This document shows positions 61,464 to 64,000 of a DNA stretch of 64,000 bases, in pieces. Both the position numbers and the translations under genes were made by a program. The DNA is taken from contig OW818656.1 in NCBI GenBank assembly GCA_942492965.1, forward strand, positions 1,998,360 through 2,062,359. The letters are read 5' to 3'. The stretch's first letter is position 1; every line of letters starts with the position of its first letter. The DNA comes from an uncultured Alphaproteobacteria bacterium. Lineage in GTDB: Bacteria; Pseudomonadota; Alphaproteobacteria; Sphingomonadales; Sphingomonadaceae. Under the pieces are notes generated by a model. It searched no databases. It was not told the origin of the DNA and saw only the letters and a list, made by a program, of their open reading frames with translations.

Positions 61464-61478
61464 CTCAGGTAAAACTCG
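61464..61478 (-). promoter_or_regulatory. Cluster box CGAGTTTTACCTGAG (sense on minus strand)
   Basis: Lies ~73 nt upstream of the ATG at 61391. Confidence 0.45.
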
Positions 61479-61549
61479 TTTAGCGCTGCCGCGAAGGTGA
61501 GTATTTCGTGAACCGGTTTCGGGCGTAGCCTTCCCTCCGGGAGGGTACG

Positions 61550-61939
61550 ATGGCCGGGAGCGAGGGGATGTCAGGATTCAATGCGTTGCTCGGGGTCCGG
61601 CACCTCGGCATTCGCGAAGATGGCTACTGGATCGAGATCGAAGCGGGCAAAACCCATCTGCACGACCAGCGTCTGGTGCATGGCGGCGTAATTCTGGCGC
61701 TGCTCGACACCGCCATGTCGCGCGCGGTCCGCCACGCGCTGGATGCCGGCAGCTATCGGCCGACCATCGAACTGACCGCGAGTTTCCTGCGCCCGCTGAC
61801 GCCGGGCATCGCGCGCGCCTTCGGCCGTGTGATGCACGCCTCGAAAAGCCTGTCGCGCGTCGAGGGCGGGGTTGTGGACGCTGCAGGGCGGATCGCCGCC
61901 ACGGGCCGCGCCACCTTCATGAAGGTGAAGGGCACGTGA
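61550..61939 (+). CDS. PaaI-family hotdog thioesterase
   Basis: HGGVILALLDTAMS motif. 129 aa. Confidence 0.8.
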   Translation: MAGSEGMSGFNALLGVRHLGIREDGYWIEIEAGKTHLHDQRLVHGGVILALLDTAMSRAVRHALDAGSYRPTIELTASFLRPLTPGIARAFGRVMHASKSLSRVEGGVVDAAGRIAATGRATFMKVKGT

Positions 61940-61948
61940 GCGTGGCCG

Positions 61949-62785
61949 CTATTGGTCGGTGAATTTCGCCGGGCGTTTGGCGATCGCGGCGGCGATGGCT
62001 TCGTCGTGATCGGCGGTGTGATGAGCAAGCGCCTGATAGGCCGCCGAAAGCTCGAGGAGCGGGCCAAGCTTCATGTCCTGCCCCTCGCGCAGCAAGCGTT
62101 TGGCGAGGCGCGTGGCGTGTCCGGGGTTCGCGGCAATCGACGCGGCGATGGCGCGGGCGCGGCCCATCAGATCCGCCGCCGGCATCGTTTCAGAAACCAG
62201 GCCGAACTCGAGCGCCTTGGCGGCATCGATAGTGTCGCCGGTCAGCGTCATCTGGGCGGCGCGCGCCATGCCGACGACGCGCGGCAGCAGCCAGGCGCCG
62301 CCGTCGCCCGGAACGAGGCCAAGCTTCACGAAAATCTCCGCGAACACCGCGTCGTCAGCGGCGATCCGGATGTCGCACATCAAGGCAAGGTCGAGTCCGG
62401 CGCCGATCGCCGGGCCGTTGATGGCGGCGATCACCGGCACCTCCAGCTCGTGGAGAGCGGCCGGGATCAGCTGGATCCAGGTGCGATATTTGTTGCGCAG
62501 CGCATAGGGCGATCCGGCGAACATGCCGGCCTTGTCCTGCATGTGCTTTACGTTTCCGCCGGCGCAGAACGCCTTGCCGGCGCCGGTCAGGATCACGGCC
62601 CGGATCGTCGTGTCGCGCGTCACGTCGGCGCAGAAATCCCGTATCTCCTCGCTGTGCGACAGTTCGGAAATGGCGTTTCGCTGGTCGGGGCGATTGAGCG
62701 TGGCGGTCACGACGGGGCCATCGCGCTCGACAAGAAGAAAAGGGTCCATGGCGCAATCGGCTCCAGTTTGAAGGGATGGGTTCAT
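61949..62785 (-). CDS. Enoyl-CoA hydratase/isomerase
   Basis: VVTATLNRPDQRNAI and GAGKAFCAGGNVK motifs. An alternative start exists at 62749. Confidence 0.85.
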   Translation of the reverse strand: MNPSLQTGADCAMDPFLLVERDGPVVTATLNRPDQRNAISELSHSEEIRDFCADVTRDTTIRAVILTGAGKAFCAGGNVKHMQDKAGMFAGSPYALRNKYRTWIQLIPAALHELEVPVIAAINGPAIGAGLDLALMCDIRIAADDAVFAEIFVKLGLVPGDGGAWLLPRVVGMARAAQMTLTGDTIDAAKALEFGLVSETMPAADLMGRARAIAASIAANPGHATRLAKRLLREGQDMKLGPLLELSAAYQALAHHTADHDEAIAAAIAKRPAKFTDQ

Positions 62786-62816
62786 TGAGCGTCTAGGCAG
62801 GCTGCATCACCGCCGC

Positions 62817-62838
62817 CAATATTGATTTTCGAAACAAT
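62817..62838. promoter_or_regulatory. AT-rich dyad, candidate LysR operator
   Basis: CAATATTG-ATTTTCGAAA-CAAT, in the 71-bp divergent region between the ECH (minus) and LysR (plus) genes. Confidence 0.35.
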
Positions 62839-62856
62839 GATACCTGGGAACTATCG

Positions 62857-63756
62857 ATGGAGCTTCGCCAACTGCGCTATTTCACGGTCCTGGCGGACGC
62901 GCTGAATTTCCACCGCGCGGCCGAGCGGCTCCACATGTCGCAGCCGCCGCTCACCGTGGCCATCCGCAAGCTGGAGGAGGAGCTGGGAATCCGGCTGTTC
63001 ATCCGCGAAACGCGCGGCGTCCGGCTGACGGAGGCGGGGCGCGCCGCCCTGCCAGCGGCCCGCGCCGCGCTGGAACAGGCTGGCCGCGTCAGGGCGGCGG
63101 CGAACCAGGCGAAGCTGGGCGAGAGCGGGACAATCGCGGTCGGCTTCGTCGGATCGGCGATCAGCGCCGTCCTGCCGCGCATCGTGCCCGCGTTCCGCGC
63201 GCGCTTTCCGCACGTCGATCTGCGGCTGGAGGAAATGACGAGCGTCTCGGTCGGCGAGGCGCTGATGGTGGGGCAGCTCGATGTCGGTCTGGTTCGCCTG
63301 CCGATGTTGCGGCCAGAGGCGCTCGACATCAGCGTCATCGAGCGCGACCGGCTGGCGGTCGCGGTTTCGGAGACGCACCCGCTGGCGCGGCAGTCGGTCG
63401 TGGCGTTGGCAGATCTGGCCAGCGAGCTGCTGCTGCTGCATGGCCCTGTCAGCGTGCTGCGAACCGTCGTCCTGCTGGCTTGCCAGCGCGCGGGTTTCAC
63501 GCCGCGCATCGCTCAGGAAGCGACGCAGGTGCCGACGCTGCTCAGCCTCGTGCAGTCCGGCCTTGGCCTCGCGCTCGTTCCGGCGTCGATGGCGCCGATC
63601 GCACCCAAGGGGGTCGTGCTGGTTCCGCTCGCCGAGCCGGTGGAGATCGAGATGGGGGTCGCCTGCCGGCGGGATGCCGGCCCCCTCGTGGAGAATTTCG
63701 TCGCCGTGGCACGCGCCACAACCGATACGCAATCGATATCGTTGGGGATGAAGTAA
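62857..63756 (+). CDS. LysR-family transcriptional regulator
   Basis: MELRQLRYFTVLADALNFHRAAERLHMSQPPLTVAIRKLEEELG winged HTH plus a substrate-binding domain. Confidence 0.9.
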   Translation: MELRQLRYFTVLADALNFHRAAERLHMSQPPLTVAIRKLEEELGIRLFIRETRGVRLTEAGRAALPAARAALEQAGRVRAAANQAKLGESGTIAVGFVGSAISAVLPRIVPAFRARFPHVDLRLEEMTSVSVGEALMVGQLDVGLVRLPMLRPEALDISVIERDRLAVAVSETHPLARQSVVALADLASELLLLHGPVSVLRTVVLLACQRAGFTPRIAQEATQVPTLLSLVQSGLGLALVPASMAPIAPKGVVLVPLAEPVEIEMGVACRRDAGPLVENFVAVARATTDTQSISLGMK

Positions 63757-63845
63757 ATATTTGAAAGCCGGACGGCGCGGCGTTCTCTGCTGGGCAGCGC
63801 CGGAGCCTTCGGCCCCGCCATGGGAGAGGAACGCTGTTCGACACC

Positions 63846-64000
63846 TTGAACCTTGCCGTGCTGCCGGATGAGGATGAAGCTATCCGTCCGATTGTTCGCG
63901 CGCTTGCCGATTCCGTCGCCGGCACCCCCGCCGATATCCGCGCCCGGTCGTGGCTGGGGTTCGATGCCGCGTTCAGCCGCAAGCTGGGCGAGGCGGGCCT
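63846..64000 (+). CDS. Probable acyl-CoA dehydrogenase, N-terminal fragment (runs off window)
   Basis: Open frame ..LNLAVLPDEDEAIRPIVRALADSVAG..FDAAFSRKLGEAG resembles ACAD N-termini. A TTG start at 63846 lies downstream of GGAGAGGA. Too short to appear in the ORF track. Confidence 0.4.
   Translation, partial: MNLAVLPDEDEAIRPIVRALADSVAGTPADIRARSWLGFDAAFSRKLGEAG

Noticed and set aside
61479-61549. Partial cluster-box-like word GCGAAGGTGAG and the near-palindrome CCCTCCGGGAGGG upstream of the PaaI thioesterase gene.
   Set aside because: Only the 3' half of the box matches. The near-palindrome overlaps the Shine-Dalgarno sequence and has no usable loop. This is insufficient to call a site.
63820-63849. 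Mini-ORF ATG GGA GAG GAA CGC TGT TCG ACA CCT TGA after the LysR gene.
   Set aside because: It encodes only 9 codons. It is out of frame with, and overlaps, the more plausible ACAD-like frame that continues to the window edge.

Overview
GC-rich chromosomal window, probably from a Sphingomonadaceae-like alphaproteobacterium (judged from gene content and repeat types; no search was run). Coding density is high and many neighbouring genes have overlapping stop/start codons. Region 1-31 kb holds mostly housekeeping and envelope genes: two TonB-dependent receptors, pip, a DEAD-box helicase flanked by two GGDEF cyclases, a GlcD-like FAD oxidase, rimO, an M23/LysM peptidase, surE, serS, an orphan ABC ATPase, nadB, polA, a PstS-like protein and usg. 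It also holds a tightly coupled aminotransferase / AMP-ligase / APC-permease / CocE-NonD hydrolase operon and a small AT-rich islet with an orphan ORF. Region 31-64 kb is one very large CoA-dependent catabolic supercluster that runs off the right edge. It contains 2 paralogous TetR genes, 1 LysR, 2 KstD-like flavoproteins, a KshA-like Rieske oxygenase, a P450 with an adrenodoxin-type ferredoxin, and an extradiol dioxygenase. It also contains a ~1170-aa fused indolepyruvate/2-oxoacid:ferredoxin oxidoreductase, 4 complete acyl-CoA dehydrogenases plus a probable fifth partial one at the right edge (one adjacent alpha/beta-like pair), 4 enoyl-CoA hydratases and a MaoC hotdog pair. Also present are 2 SCP-x-type thiolases, 2 DUF35 modules (one fused to an HMG-CoA-synthase-like domain), 2 SDRs, a CoA ligase, a PaaI thioesterase, a DUF1330 protein and a Tat-signal tandem EthD protein. 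This content fits steroid/estrogen-type ring and side-chain degradation. The most interesting sequence-level signal is a 15-nt oriented box (CGAGTTyAwnnTGAG). It occurs 10 times, always intergenic, and each copy points at the start of one of the supercluster's transcription units. I found no rRNA, tRNA, CRISPR array, transposase or integrase. Four families of palindromic or REP-like repeats and one 21-bp tandem duplication are present.
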